Source of the DNA: Antedon mediterranea | Taxonomy: Eukaryota; Animalia; Echinodermata | Assembly (NCBI RefSeq): GCF_964355755.1 | Contig: NC_092675.1 | Coordinates: forward strand, 29,918,912 to 29,982,911 | Length of the DNA stretch: 64,000 nucleotides | Direction of reading: 5' to 3' | Translations under genes and position numbers: made by a program | Shown here: positions 13,001-64,000 of the stretch, piece after piece | Layout of the letters: every line of letters starts with the position of its first letter | Numbering within the stretch: position 1 is the first letter of the stretch | The notes under the pieces: generated by a model | What the model saw: only the letters and a program-made list of their open reading frames with translations | What the model was told of the DNA's origin: nothing | Database searches by the model: none

Positions 13001-15415
13001 AAATAGGGATGTCCGAAACGACTTGTTCTACTATATTTAATTTCATTTAGTCAACTTAAAAATATTTACAAAATTGTGCTTTTCTAGTGCTTCACATAGT
13101 ATCTACTGATATCATACAGTAGTTACACATTAGCCTAGGTAACATTTGAACGGAAATAATTAGTCAGCTGTTTCTTTTAATAAATGAGATGATTTGACAC
13201 ATCCTTCACCCACCTCCAACAAGGTCACTTGTATGTAATCTGTATAAATGATAATATTTAGTATTAATTACGTTTTTTGTTGCCATTAGGTGCAAGCTGG
13301 TCGACCTCCAGGCAGTAAAGATGTGACATATGATGACAAGGGCAATGTCATAGCAGTTATCAAGTTAGATCCAGAAAGGCTACCCACACACAGGTAAGTT
13401 GTTTATTTGATTTTATACCAAATGCTTTGCTCAGTATGTTTTCTGTTTCAGTATGGTGATAGTTATCTGTGCTGTATACAGTAAAACCTCTGTTAAGGAA
13501 ACACATTTTGGCCAATCAAAGCTGTAGCTTGGTGGTTAATGTGCTTGCCTTCCAATTCCAAGGTCCAGGGTTCAATCCTGAACCTAGTACCAGGGTTGTG
13601 TAACTCACGACTCTTTCAAATCCACTCCCTTAGCCTCAAATGAGACGTAGCTTTAAAGCATGATAAATTATAAACAAAATTGTTTATCCATCCTGTAATT
13701 AGCTGTTGGATGCGTATGGAAAAAAAACCCCATAAAAACCATAATTTCCACTCATTTATTTTAAAATGTCCTCTTGTGGGATGTCTAAAAGAAGGGGTTT
13801 CTACGACAAGCTTTAGTTTGCTACATATTCTTATAGGTCTAATACTTTCTAATATTTTTTATTTCATTTGTTTTTATTCAGAGTGAAAACAAAGTACAAG
13901 ATAATTGACCCGTCAGTTGAAGCAGCACATGCTAGACTTGTAGCAATGAGAACAGGAAGATTCCAAAGCACTAAACAGAAAGCCTCAACAAGTAACAAAC
14001 AACTACCTGGACACTTTGAAAAAACAGTCACAGCTCATCACAACGGCATCAATTCAGGTATACTTCTATATCTATTCTTACCAAAAACCCGTTTTTTTGC
14101 AACCCAAGATTGGTGAATACGGTCACTTGTATACAGTTGAACCTTCATTTTACGTACGGTACGAGACCGAAAGGCGTACGTAAAACACAGGATTCGTAAA
14201 ATCAAGGTTGACTTTAAATTGACCCCAAACACGTAGAGATCGTAGCTACTGTATAAAGGCTACCGTGTTTGCCTACTTTACTGTACAGCATGTAGGTGGT
14301 CACTAGCTAGGCCTGGCCAGGCTAGCAGGTCTAGCAAGATGTGAGGCCTAAGCCTAACTAAAAAAGTACAGTATATACAGGCTGTGCGATGTTTAAATAA
14401 AGTGTAAATTAAAATATCAATTTTCTTGTATTTTCCATCAATAAAAACAGTCACTGCTGTGGGGGAATGCACGTGTGTAGCTTGTCTCACACAGCAGAAT
14501 TCCTCACACAGCCATTTTTATTATGCTTTGTTGTTGTTAAATTGCGCCCTCAATGTAAGAAAATGATGACGTCATTGGTAATTTTAAGCGTACGTAAAAT
14601 CCAGGGAACGTAAAATCAGGGTACGTAAAACGAAGGTTCTACTGTAATATCCAGTGCTCAATGCTCACATTGCCGCCCATATTCAAATGAGCACCATCCA
14701 TGTTTAGTTTGAAGTGCAAGCATGGCCAGGGAAGGCAAACAAGGCAAAAAAGGCAAACAAGGAGTTACAACATACTACATAATTATATTAAATAATAGAA
14801 AAAATCCCCTGAATCACGATTCGATTCGAACCCGGAATCTCCTACCTTACATGTAGACCACTGGAGCTATGATTCAAATTTAATGTATATTTATATACTT
14901 TGTTTATTTAATAGATGGTGGTAGAGTTGGTAAGGTAGCAGCAAGCAGTATGACAATTGCAAGTAATAACACTATAACAAGTCAATTAAAAGCAGCCTAT
15001 GGAATCGCTACAAACCAATCACCGGTTACACCATTACCTCCTCCACTGGTAAATATCATAGTTTATTATTTTAACAAATATACAATAGAATAGAATGTTG
15101 ATTTACTTTTACAAATATTAAATAAGATTATATTAAATTATCTTGTATTTACAGATTGAGTCAATGGAACTGTCACCAGGTGTCATTGTAAAAGAAGGCA
15201 ACAGAATCAAGCGAGGTCCTAAACCTCAGATGCGCCATACCGACTTTGTGACCTCTGCCAAACTACGCTCTCTACGACCTCTAGCGAGTCATACTATTGA
15301 CCCACAGCTAGCAGTGAATGATATACTAAATTCACAGTCACCTGTATTACGCCCTTTACATTCTACTGACCCTATTCCACCAATCACATCGCGCACAGCA
15401 GTACATTCAAATTAG
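9919..15415 (+). CDS. C2orf81: C2orf81-like (DUF4639) protein, 9 coding exons, about 503 aa: join(9919-10055,10577-10739,11224-11293,11688-11956,12535-12732,13290-13393,13882-14057,14915-15048,15155-15415)
   Basis: Spliced peptide DVIPGRFTENDW...EDFVVDIV...[27 protein letters not shown]...DPTWLEEDEPLPCAHDAWAQGSVP matches the C2orf81 N-terminal pattern as I recall it; GT-AG introns; exons sum to 1512 nt in frame. Confidence 0.85.
10577..10739 (+). CDS. C2orf81: C2orf81-like exon 2 (HGLVDNENSEDF...LQVIE)
   Basis: TTTTTAG acceptor, open frame, GTCAGC donor. Confidence 0.85.
10878..11043. mobile_element. MITE family A (PIF/Harbinger-like), copy
   Basis: TIR AGCTCTGTCTACACTATCAAACT and its complement; internal GGACATGATGATGTCATATCACTACCATATTTGGG. 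Confidence 0.85.
11224..11293 (+). CDS. C2orf81: C2orf81-like exon 3 ([10 protein letters not shown]...WLEED)
   Basis: T-tract plus ACAG acceptor, GTAAGT donor. Confidence 0.88.
11688..11956 (+). CDS. C2orf81: C2orf81-like exon 4 (EPLPCAHDAWAQGSVP...)
   Basis: TTTCAG acceptor, GTATGT donor; lies in ORF 11693-11971. Confidence 0.85.
12100..12235 (+). repeat. Dispersed repeat family B (also ~17150-17275 on - and ~32150-32360 on +)
   Basis: Shared GTAACCCCCTACTCGTCTC.AAAGA.GTACTAGGTTCTTTAAAGT; CTGGGTAACCTCTT.AGTCAAAGACTGG shared with the 17 kb copy. Confidence 0.7.
12535..12732 (+). CDS. C2orf81: C2orf81-like exon 5 (KEKLPMKTKPKFKPYKGRL...SILK)
   Basis: TTTTAG acceptor, GTACTG donor, frame continuity. 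Confidence 0.8.
13290..13393 (+). CDS. C2orf81: C2orf81-like exon 6 (VQAGRPPGSKDVTYDDKGNVIAVIKLDPERLPTH)
   Basis: Acceptor TAG ends at 13289, GTAAGT donor. Confidence 0.82.
13523..13660 (+). mobile_element. tRNA-derived SINE fragment, apparently nested in a decayed Tc1/pogo-type MITE (~13480-13805)
   Basis: A-box-like TAGCTTGGTGG and B-box GGTTCAATCC; the same head occurs reversed at ~42590-42632; outer ends TACAGTAAAACCTCT...AGGGGTTTCTAC. Confidence 0.55.
13882..14057 (+). CDS. C2orf81: C2orf81-like exon 7 (RVKTKYKIIDPSVEAAHARL...)
   Basis: TTATTCAG acceptor, GTATAC donor. Confidence 0.78.
14134..14644. mobile_element. Tc1/mariner (pogo/Tigger-type) MITE
   Basis: TIRs CAGTTGAACCTTCATTTTACGTAC / GTACGTAAAACGAAGGTTCTACTG flanked by TA on both sides. 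Confidence 0.85.
14815..14872 (-). mobile_element. tRNA-derived SINE head fragment
   Basis: Minus strand TAGCTCCAGTGG...CCGGGTTCGAATC (A and B boxes); no complete cloverleaf. Confidence 0.45.
14915..15048 (+). CDS. C2orf81: C2orf81-like exon 8 (DGGRVGK...TPLPPPL)
   Basis: ATAG acceptor, GTAAAT donor, phases match neighbours. Confidence 0.78.
15155..15415 (+). CDS. C2orf81: C2orf81-like last exon (IESMELSPGVIVKEG...AVHSN*)
   Basis: TTTACAG acceptor, TAG stop, AATAAA at ~15495. Confidence 0.82.
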   Translation: MESMELSPGVIVKEGNRIKRGPKPQMRHTDFVTSAKLRSLRPLASHTIDPQLAVNDILNSQSPVLRPLHSTDPIPPITSRTAVHSN

Positions 15416-16092
15416 CTGTCTTCCTAATTAGCATATCATTCAGCACACAGGTGCTTATTGTTCCCACACGTCACCTGTATAATTTTATGTTATGAATAAA
15501 TTAGTCATTCTATTGTAAATTATTAGGATTTATCTGAGTTTAAATTCAGAAAACAAAAGGTTATTACCCCAAATATATAGAATAATTGGAATATAATTTA
15601 TAAATTGTAATTTTATCAACACCGAATCATATAATTGTTATATATCTACTTTTCTACAGAATTCTTTATTTAAACTAGCAACACTGAATTTGCCACTCAC
15701 TGTTTGTAGAAGATTGTGTTACAGTAGGCTGTCCATCTGAGGATCACGATACAGTAACGCATGTGATCCTCATATGGACTGGTTAGGGTAAGAGCCCATG
15801 TTACAGACATCACATGTGTTTAACATCTGATTCTGTATCACAGTATTTACCTATGATATTGAAACAGAAACAGTACCAAGAATCAGCTAATAAAACTTGG
15901 ATAATTCTACTTTACTATAAAAAGATTCAATGTTAGTGTGTGGATATTACACCAAAGATCAGTTTGTATGACAGAAACGTTATAATTGACTGTGTGTGAT
16001 ACTTAGTTAACCATCAATTTTTTATAATTCAAAGTGTGTACCATCGTGGTGCACCGAGTAAAATAATCACAGTTTGTAAGATTCACAATGTA

Positions 16093-16228
16093 AAGCCCTG
16101 TCTACACTGTCAAACTATGAACAAACAAATGTGATGTGCCCATATACGGACATGATGATGTCATATCACTACCATATTTGAGTACATCACACTTTTTTGT
16201 CAAACTAGTTTGATAGTGTAGACAGAGA
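16093..16228. mobile_element. MITE family A copy
   Basis: Family TIRs and core. Confidence 0.85.
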
Positions 16229-16542
16229 TTTACAAACATAAAAGAGCAATGTGTTGGCAATTTGTTCCTCTGGAAAAAGTAGTTAATTTGTATAAACATG
16301 AGATGAACAAGCAGCATGCATGCTTCGGTATTTCATTGCACTTCTGTACAGCGTTAAATATATTGATTGTAAATAAAGTGTTCTTTTAGAATGGAATGAC
16401 CTTACAATGATACCCAATTTCTTATTGGCTTATTTATATAATGAATATGAATGAAAAGAAAATCTAATCCTCAAGTTTAACCAATCGACGAATGTTGTTT
16501 TAAGGAAGTCAACTTGGCATTGTGGGATATACTGTACAGCTG

Positions 16543-16673
16543 TGTTTACAATCAAACTAGTTTGAAAAAAAAAGTGTGATGTGCCCAAATATGGTAGTGA
16601 TATGACATCATCATGCCCATATATGGGCAAATCATATTTTGTCACATAAAGTTTGATAGTGTAGACAGAGCTT
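16543..16673. mobile_element. MITE family A copy (left TIR decayed)
   Basis: Family core plus right TIR AGTTTGATAGTGTAGACAGAGCTT. Confidence 0.8.
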
Positions 16674-18597
16674 AACACATGTATTTATCACCTGTAAACA
16701 GACCAAGAGCAAATCATTGATAGAAATAGGATTTTCATCCTATGGGATACAGTACAAAGTTTTCAATGAAGAAGAATTGCAATTTGATGAATTATTATTG
16801 CTATATGTTCCTTGTACCACTGTGACCATCCTCACTATACAACAGAAACATCAGATTGCCAACTATGCCTTATTGCCGAAAAAAAAAAATGGAATTTTCA
16901 AAATATAAATGAATGCTTATGTGACGTAGTACATGAGTTATGTCAACAAACAAGACGGTGAAATTGCTAATGTGTACATACACCTTAAGATGATAATAAT
17001 GCATTATTATATTAGATGAGTGAATGTGTATATAAGACAGCATTGATAATGTTGACATAGAATTTAGTTTTATTGAAATACCATTATATTAATTTCAGTG
17101 AATGACAGGTCTATAGGATGTATTACCAGGATCAATGAAAATAAATAGGTCCAGTGTACACATTTAAAGAACCTAGTACATCCTTCAAGACGAGTAGGGG
17201 GTTTACATCACAGCCAATGATCATAACTCGGCCCTCTGCGAGACCAGTCTTTGACTTAAGAGGTTACCCAGTACAAATAAATAACAACAAAAAAACCTCA
17301 TTTGTTATTGAATGTGTTGATTTTATTGTTTCTAAAACTGTCATGCAATGAAAGACTGCCCTCAAACAACCTGACATTGTCTTCAGAAATTACAAATTAA
17401 ATAATGTCAGAATACGACAATAGAATCTCGTTTGTTGGTACAATTTAAGTAAATAATTTACTACAGTATATACAATGTGTAATTAATTTATTAAGATGGT
17501 AATTGCTGTCAACTATTAAGCGCACGCATTTGTCGAGAAACGCTTACACGCAATTTAGCGTTCACAAGTTAGCACTTACATAATAAGTAAGCATACATTT
17601 AAGTCCTATTTACAATATCTATTAAACATTAAATATATAAGGAAACCAGGGGGGAGGGGGGGGGGGGACTACCGTCATTGTGAGGGTAACAATATTATTA
17701 TTATTATCTATATAAATTTGGTACAATCCTAGCATGGAAAAATGTTCCACTCTGATTTTAGATTACAACATACATTAAAAATTATGTACACAGTATTTCA
17801 ACAAATTGGTTGGTTCAAATATTAGTGTAAATTCATCTTAAAACATAATTAATATAAATAAATGAAGTACACTGAAGGATTACTGTACTGATGTAAAACA
17901 AGCAACTAAAAGATTCAAGTTGCATGTTCCCCTGCCAAACCTGTCTTGTTTAAAAGTAGGTGGGTTTATACCGGTCATACCAAATACATGATAGTAAAGT
18001 ATACGTTCATTGTGCGCTGGAATGGTTCTGTTCATAAACTAACAGAGTGGAACATTTTTCCATGTCATCACTATTACAAAATAATAAAATGAATTAACCT
18101 AAAATCCTAAAGATTTAACTAAGAGATGCTAGAAATCAATTACATTAAATAATTTATTTATGGAATACCATGAATTGATGAGAAAATAAAATTTGAATTT
18201 TCAATTCTTAGACCTATTCATATCAAAAACATAAATTTAATCTTTCATGCTATATTTCATAATAGCATAAGTTTTATAAATGTCTTTCTAAATCTTTGTT
18301 TCTTGAAAAAGTAACCACATAATGACTGTTCATTTTTAGGATGCAACACACAACTAACTGTTGAGTCCAACAGTCATTCTGTGCATGCTCGTGGTGAATT
18401 TACACAGAGTGAATTTTCAACTCGACAGTTTGCATAGTCTAGTGGTACATCATGAAAATAACAGTTTGTTGTATGGTTATTTTGTCAAGACTCGTTTTAT
18501 TGTTAATTCTAAAACAAATATTTACCATATCTGAATGATTTTGTTATCTCGTCACCCAATTTACCCATAGAAGGACCACTGAAAATAGTAGGCCTAA

Positions 18598-18875
18598 AGT
18601 CTGCGACACACTAGGACGATAACGATCAACAATAAATTGGATGAACATACATTTTTCTTACATAAAACTAAAGAAAAGAAAAGTTTTCATTCTAGAACTA
18701 TGGATAGCATTTATGCTGTTTTTGATAAAATAAAATCGTTGTATTGTCACGATATTATTGTACTTAATACTAATCATGACGTCAATTGATTGGACTTGGC
18801 AGCATAGAAATATTAACCTAAAAAAAATGCACATTTATCGTCAATCATTATCGTCCTAGTGTAAATGGGGTTTAA
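18598..18875. mobile_element. Decayed hairpin MITE
   Basis: ACACTAGGACGATAA / TTATCGTCCTAGTGT inverted repeat. Confidence 0.55.
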
Positions 18876-19394
18876 GTTTGTATACAGTATTAAACTTTGT
18901 TTATTTTGTGTACAATTTCAAATAGATTCTACTTTTATAGTTCAGAATAGACTTCCTAAATTAGGCTTTTTAAAAATCCCCTCCCAATAATAAATAACTA
19001 TCTTAATGACCATCATTCCAAACACTGCTCATTTTAATTTATAATCTCAAGATATTTTAGTAAAACATTGAAAAATATATATAGTTTATAGATCAATAAA
19101 TATGAGTTCATAAAATTGGTCATTGATAGCATATTCATATATTAAATTTAGTAATTATATAATCTATCCAATAATCTATCCAATAATCTAATTCAATATC
19201 ACACTTAAAACAAATAATTAAAACAGAAAAAAGAACTGGACTATTAAAACAGGGATCTATTATCACCGAAAAATAAAATTCAAAAACTTTGTTCATTAGA
19301 TAATACGAACATAAACTGTAAATTATTACCTAATTTGGAACTGGAAATTCATAGCACATTTGTGTTAAGCTTTGTTCAACTATCTTAAATCCAT

Positions 19395-19682
19395 TCTGTG
19401 TCTGCGGTCTTTATGTCTAGAAATCTTGATCATCTCATCCTGAGAGATCCATTGTAATGTGTCTGTGTCTGTGTCTGCGGTCTTTGTGTTAGAAAATCAT
19501 GATCTCATCCTGAGAGATCCATTGTAATGTGTCTGTGTCTGCTGTCGTTGTGTTATAAGTCACGATCATCTCATCCTGAGAGATCCATTGTAGTGTGTCT
19601 GTGTCTGTTGTCTTTGTATTATAAAATCATGATCTCATCCTGAGAGATCCGTTGTAGTGTGTCTGGTGGCTAATATCTATGC

Positions 19683-19712
<30 letters not shown>
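19395..19712 (-). repeat. Tandem copies (~65-70 bp) of the PRKG1 C-terminal codons in the 3' UTR
   Basis: GATCTCTCAGGATG(G/A)GAT...GATT(T)CTA recurs four more times after the stop codon. Confidence 0.85.
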
Positions 19713-58536
<38,824 letters not shown>

Positions 58537-60214
58537 GCTTTATACCATCAATGAGTTTAAGTAAAAACTTTCCTATTAGTTCACGGCAGGTGGTAGAAAC
58601 TAAACCGCATACGGATGGCTAATTGAGTGCATTCACTGTCAGCATCAACAATATCGTTTTCAGATAAGTATAAACGTAAACTACGATTTTTTAGATAAGA
58701 TTTCGATCTTGGGGAAAGGCTTATCGCCTTACAGTGCAATGCATCGCCAAGCGACGTGAAGATTGCCGTCACGCGAAACTAGGACAGAAGAAAACATGTT
58801 CGTTAATTTGACCCAGCCTAAAAATTCCAAGATGATTTTGTAGATTTACACGGATGAGGAAGAACCCTACATAGAAACGGAAGAATACCTTACAAATTAC
58901 TTTTCCAGGCAGAGTTGATAAAATTCCGGAATTACTGTATTGTGTACTCATCCATGACGATCTAAACATTGGTGGTCGCGGTGAGCTTCAGTACTTTCCA
59001 TGGCCATGATTTGCATGCAGTGTACTCAACAGGATAAATTCAGCCCAGCATCTCTCAACTCATCGAAATAAATAATATTCCAAGCGGACATCTAATTATC
59101 CTCCAGGTTGGCTCTGTGCGTGGCTCCATAATAAACAATCCAATTAGTAAGCGTAAACATCATGTTCTAAATGATGGTTTTGCGAAATTATAAGAAAAGA
59201 TACATGTTCACATGAAACCGCGGGAGACGAGCTCAAAGGATCGAAGCCGAGGAGAACTTTTGCTTACAATTATAGAGGGCGGATGTTCGGTATTGTTCAT
59301 GCACAGACAACTGATAGTTTACTGCAGTCGAGAAAATCTTGGTAGTTCCGTTGCGAATTTCAAACTACGGTTTATAGTGAGAAATAAACCAACGTAAACC
59401 GATAAATAATTAATGTTTACTAGTATATTTACTGCAGAAGTTTAAATGTTATAATAAATATATGTGATTCTTCCGGGGATTCTTCTATCAATAATAAATG
59501 CTCAGGAAAAAATGAAACTGCAATTCTAATAATGTAAACTTTTTACGTTGGAGGATGGATTATATTCATTTTCAGCTCTTTAGGAGTAGGCCTAAATAAA
59601 TGTAAAGCTTGCAGTTAAGTAGACCTACGTCGTTATTTGTTTTACTTAGTTTATAATAACAAGGGAAGACATGAATTAAGAAACAAACATACTTTATGTG
59701 TAAAAACCTCCGAGAGGTTTCAAACCTGGCTACGGATGTAACCTGTGTGATGATGCCTTGCATGTGCAAATTACAGTAAGTGTACATAGCGCCCTCATAA
59801 CTATGATGTAATATATGATATACAATATATAAACACATCAGGCAAAGAACATTAATTCTAAACCGTATATAAATAACTGTACAGTATATTAATATAATGT
59901 GTCAATCTATTTGTTTATGCGATCGGAAATTATTATTGAAATGTTTGTTGCCATTACTAGTCCCCGTTTGTTATTTAAGCGGAGTTACCATACGATTTCT
60001 TTCGTTTGTATTTCGCAAACTCTCATCCCAACATCAATCCTCAGCCACTTGCCCTTGTCAAGAAGTTTCAATAATACGTGACTCTCAAACAAATGATATG
60101 TTTCTGTTTATTAATAATGTTCATAATGAGTGGACGATTTCACACGCAACTGCAAAAGGGTTGTCCCTTATCATCTCATATCTCTTTTGACGAGAGACGG
60201 TATCATTTACTATT

Positions 60215-60413
60215 AAGCGTGGTTCCCACTCTAGAACGCAACGCAGCGACGTATTGACGCAAAGTGTTGTATTGCGTGAAATCAAACGCCTGCGTGAAAT
60301 CAAACCTGCGATTTTTGCAGCACTATTGCGTCGTCGGTTTCCACTTGTGATTAGGCAATACAGCACTTTGCGTCAATACGTCGCTGCGTTGTGTTCTAGT
60401 GGGAACCACGCTT
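60215..60413. mobile_element. Hairpin MITE (PIF/Harbinger-like)
   Basis: ~60-bp TIRs AAGCGTGGTTCCCACT..AGAACGCAACGCAGCGACGTATTGACGCAAAGTG and complement. Confidence 0.8.
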
Positions 60414-60943
60414 TTAGGGATTTGTGACGATCGACTACGTAACCTATATGGATCAATCGATGTGTCGCCAGTCGCACTACCTGGACCTAAAAACCATCAA
60501 ATACGGTGTTCAGAGGCGGGGATCGAGCGAGGAAACACGTTTCCATATTATGTCCACATGGGCACAATGAATAATTAAACGTAGTTTGGTCGTCGGAAAT
60601 CGAAAGCTCTCTAAATGCGTTAACGAGAGACACCTCATCTCCCTTTGATACCGTATCTTATATTGACTAGAGACAGCTCCTCCTGGGTATCATCTCCTTT
60701 TGACGACAAGAGACGATGCGGCCTGTTATCTTCTTGACGCCGAGAGACGGTTCCCGATAACTTTATCTTATGTTGACGAGAGACAACTCTTCCTTCGTTC
60801 ATTCCTTTTGACCACTAGGAACGGTGGCCTATTATGGTTGTTGCCCATTATCTTATCTTGACTTACGACGATAGTTCGAATCCGATAAATTACATTCAAA
60901 AGGATCTTATCAATAATTATTTCTAAAAAAACCTTGGTATCAC

Positions 60944-60979
60944 CATAGAGATATTATAGTTCACTATAATATCTCTATG
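60944..60979. mobile_element. Probable P-superfamily excision footprint (17+17 bp)
   Basis: CATAGAGATATTATAGT-TC-ACTATAATATCTCTATG flanked by the 7-bp direct repeat GTATCAC. Confidence 0.7.
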
Positions 60980-62796
60980 GTATCACAGACATCGTGAATT
61001 GCGCACGATGTAGGAACGGTTATGATGTCATAATGACGCGTGGGAAGAAAAACAAGAAAACAGGATAAATATCTATCAAGTGATGTTGACATAAAAAAGA
61101 TAATAAAAGTCACGTTTAAAAGAATGACGAAGGCAATGAAAAGGTATTTTTAGAGAAAGAAAAGAGTATCTTTATGTCACGTGGGCGATAAGAGATAAGA
61201 TGGATTAGAATTCGATGTTTTTATTCATTGCAATTTGACACGTTACACAATTCCTAAGTTAAATAAAAATCACTGTTTGCGTACGTCTATTAATTGGATT
61301 AGCTATTTACTAACAGGTTTACTTAGTCTAGCTTGTTTTAGATTTCTGATGGTATACCGCCCTCTATAATTAAGGGCGTGAAGATCCAATAGTACATTAG
61401 TCCTAATTTGATTTATTTTTCTCGCGCCTAAGATCTTGTAATCGATGGTATAAGGCGCCGTTTAAAAATCGAACACATTTATTGTATTGAGCGATGGGAA
61501 CACACCTAAAGTGTGGCACGTTGATGCTCTCATAACTAGATTAGAGCTAAAGCAATTCAATTACAATGCAAATTCAAAGCAAAATCAATTTTACAGTTTA
61601 AACATATCGATGAAGAGTTCAGAAAGCATTCATTATCTTTATTAGTCGTGTCGAATATTTGCCAAAAAGTAACGAACCGAATCTAAGCTAGATCAACCTC
61701 TACTGAAGGCGACATTTTTAGTTCTTGCATGAGAAACCGACGACGTCCAGCCGCAATGCAATACCACAATTGACCGTACGTCTGGACATAAAAATGTGAG
61801 AGAACATAAAACACAGTTCACACCTGTGTGTTTCTGATTAAATCACGACAAGAAAAGGGCTTAATTAAATAACATTTCTTCTTTAGATTAGAATTATTTC
61901 AGGATTTATTATAACTCTCCTACAACATGTTTGTAATGGACACGGTGTTTATACACAGAGTGACGGGAATTTTGGTTCTTACGATTTTTACGAGTTCCTA
62001 AAAACATTAGTTTTTCTGTAATTTACAAATGTTGAGGAAAACGGTATTCAAAATATACCGAGGTCTATAAGAAACGGTTTTGAAAATATACCAGTTTTTA
62101 AAGAAAATCGATATTATGACCTGATGTGTAGACTCAATTCAAGTGAAAATGTTTTAGTCTCAACGATTATAGAGAACGTCTTGTATAATAAGTCAAAGAT
62201 GCTCTCCAGGTGGAATGCCACGATTATAGACAACGTCTTGTATAAGTCAAAGATGCTCTCCAGGTGGAATGCCATCAGTACTACAGTATTGTTTATTTTT
62301 AATTAATTTGTATGTAATTTTACTATGGACCAGAGATTCCGAAATAAAAGATTGAATGAGTACAATGTTTAATTGGCAGCAAAAACAATAGGTCTACTAA
62401 TACTAATCTGTATTGGAAAATGTCTCCTAAAACTTAGCAACGTAATGTATTATTATTCTGTAATGTATTCATTCATGTTAGCTAGCAGAGATGCCTTGAT
62501 GGTTTGTGGGTCATAAGCACGAACTCAGCAACATATAAGCATTAAACATGTCGCAATAAATCGATTTGTGTTCGTTCGTCAACTTGTATACTTAGCGTGA
62601 GCTGAACGTCCCACAACCGAAGCATACTAACATCACGTGTATTCTCTCATATACAACATGAATTTAATAATTGTATGTACGTATTTGTTGCCTCGTCGGA
62701 GAAAATAATATTTAAGAGTAAGACAACTTGGATGAATGGCTGGTATACCAAAGCAGAAATCGCAAAACTTGAGATAATACACGCAGGAATCTTAAA

Positions 62797-62946
62797 AGCT
62801 GTCTACACTATCAAACGTGACAAAAAAATGTGATGTGCCCATGGAAACGATGATGTCATATCACTACCATATTTGGGATATCACTACCATATTTGGGCAC
62901 ATCAGACTTTTTTTGTCAACCTAATTTGATTGTGTAGATAGAGCTT
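62797..62946. mobile_element. MITE family A copy
   Basis: Family TIRs and core. Confidence 0.82.
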
Positions 62947-63317
62947 TACGATTGTTCCAAAAAATGAATGAATGGACATTTTCTGACTTCGAAAAAGGTC
63001 CCTCATTTTCCACCGACTCTCACAAATTTATTAAACAGGTTAATTTTAAAAGAAAATACTACTCCTTCACATAAAGCAAACATTTTGTCTATAGTCACTG
63101 TAAGGTATAAAAAACACCTAAATAATTAAAATGGTGTAGGAGAAAATAACCCTGATGGCTTAGTGCAGTAAGTGGAAAGTGCTGCAAGTAAGTCTACTTT
63201 GATTCGGTCAACATTATGGATTTTTACAAAATTATTTTAATCCTATTTATATTTAGAGCTAAAGTTCTTTAAAAGCCCATACACAGTATACAGGTTCATA
63301 CATATGATTTATCTTTA

Positions 63318-63427
63318 AAGCTCTGTCTTCACTATCAAACAAACAAAAATGCCCATATATGGACATGATGACGTCATATCACTACCACTTTTTTTGTCAA
63401 ACTAGTTTGATAGTGTAGACAGAGCTT
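63318..63427. mobile_element. MITE family A copy
   Basis: Family TIRs and core. Confidence 0.85.
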
Positions 63428-63889
63428 TAGTAATAGCAATTCTCTAAAACTAAGTAGTTTTATTTAACAATATGCTGTTTAACATTCCATGTCCATGTTA
63501 TTATCAGTTATTTTTGTTCTGTAATCTTTGGAAATTAAATGAGACATCTATCTAGATTTTAGAATTGACAAATTGATACATAGTTATTGTTTCTCAATCA
63601 AAGAAAAATCTCAATATTTCTGTCACGTACAATGTAAAAAATATTAAACAAGAAGAGGATTTAAAGATGAAATAATGTATCAAATGTCTAAAATAAGCCA
63701 TAAATCAGTGATAGAGTACTTCTTATTTGTATACAATCAATTAAAATATCTTCAATAAATCTATACATCATATTATATTACAATTATATAATAATTTTGA
63801 TTCAAGCCTCTTAAAATATCATATACTTTTCACTTTTTATATTTAATAATGTTGCTTCATACTAATTTGCCAAATAATTAATATCTAAA

Positions 63890-64000
63890 CCTCTGTCTAT
63901 ACTAGTTTGGCAAACAAGTGTGATGTACCCAAAGATGGTAGTGATATGATGTCATCATGTCCATATATGGGCACATTTTTCATATACAGTTTTCTAGTGT
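63890..64000. mobile_element. MITE family A copy (decayed, at window edge)
   Basis: CTCTGTCTATACTAG and family core. Confidence 0.7.

Noticed and set aside
13523-13580. tRNA gene candidates here and at 14815-14872
   Set aside because: Only A/B-box-like motifs without acceptor or anticodon stems; treated as SINE heads
58581-60366. Several 60-97 aa ORFs upstream of PRKG1
   Set aside because: No recognisable domains or splice structure; some overlap a MITE

Overview
AT-rich eukaryotic (animal, probably marine invertebrate) genomic DNA with two convergent spliced genes. On the + strand is a C2orf81-like (DUF4639) gene: 9 coding exons, 9919-15415, about 503 aa. On the - strand is a complete cGMP-dependent protein kinase I gene (PRKG1/foraging type): 17 coding exons, 58536-19683, about 677 aa, with an I-beta-type leucine zipper. 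All introns I traced are GT-AG and the exon phases add up. The rest is a dense mix of satellites, minisatellites and non-autonomous transposons (about 16 copies of one Harbinger-like MITE, two Helentron/HINE-like elements, a MULE-like foldback, a P-superfamily MITE, Tc1/pogo MITEs, SINE and LINE fragments). The most unusual observations are four. (1) A 2.2-kb tandem array built from the 3' end of PRKG1 exon 2 plus its splice donor gives 30 copies of GAAG|GTAAG; the five copies nearest the exon are in frame (81 bp, 27 aa). Two smaller exon-end amplifications occur elsewhere in the same gene. (2) Three tiny palindromes with 7-bp target duplications look like P-element excision footprints, two of them fitting the 17-nt staggered cut. 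(3) The second cGMP-binding site of the kinase is degenerate. (4) Two arrays of the same 97-bp satellite lie in opposite orientation. Coordinates were read by eye; repeat ends may be a few bases off.
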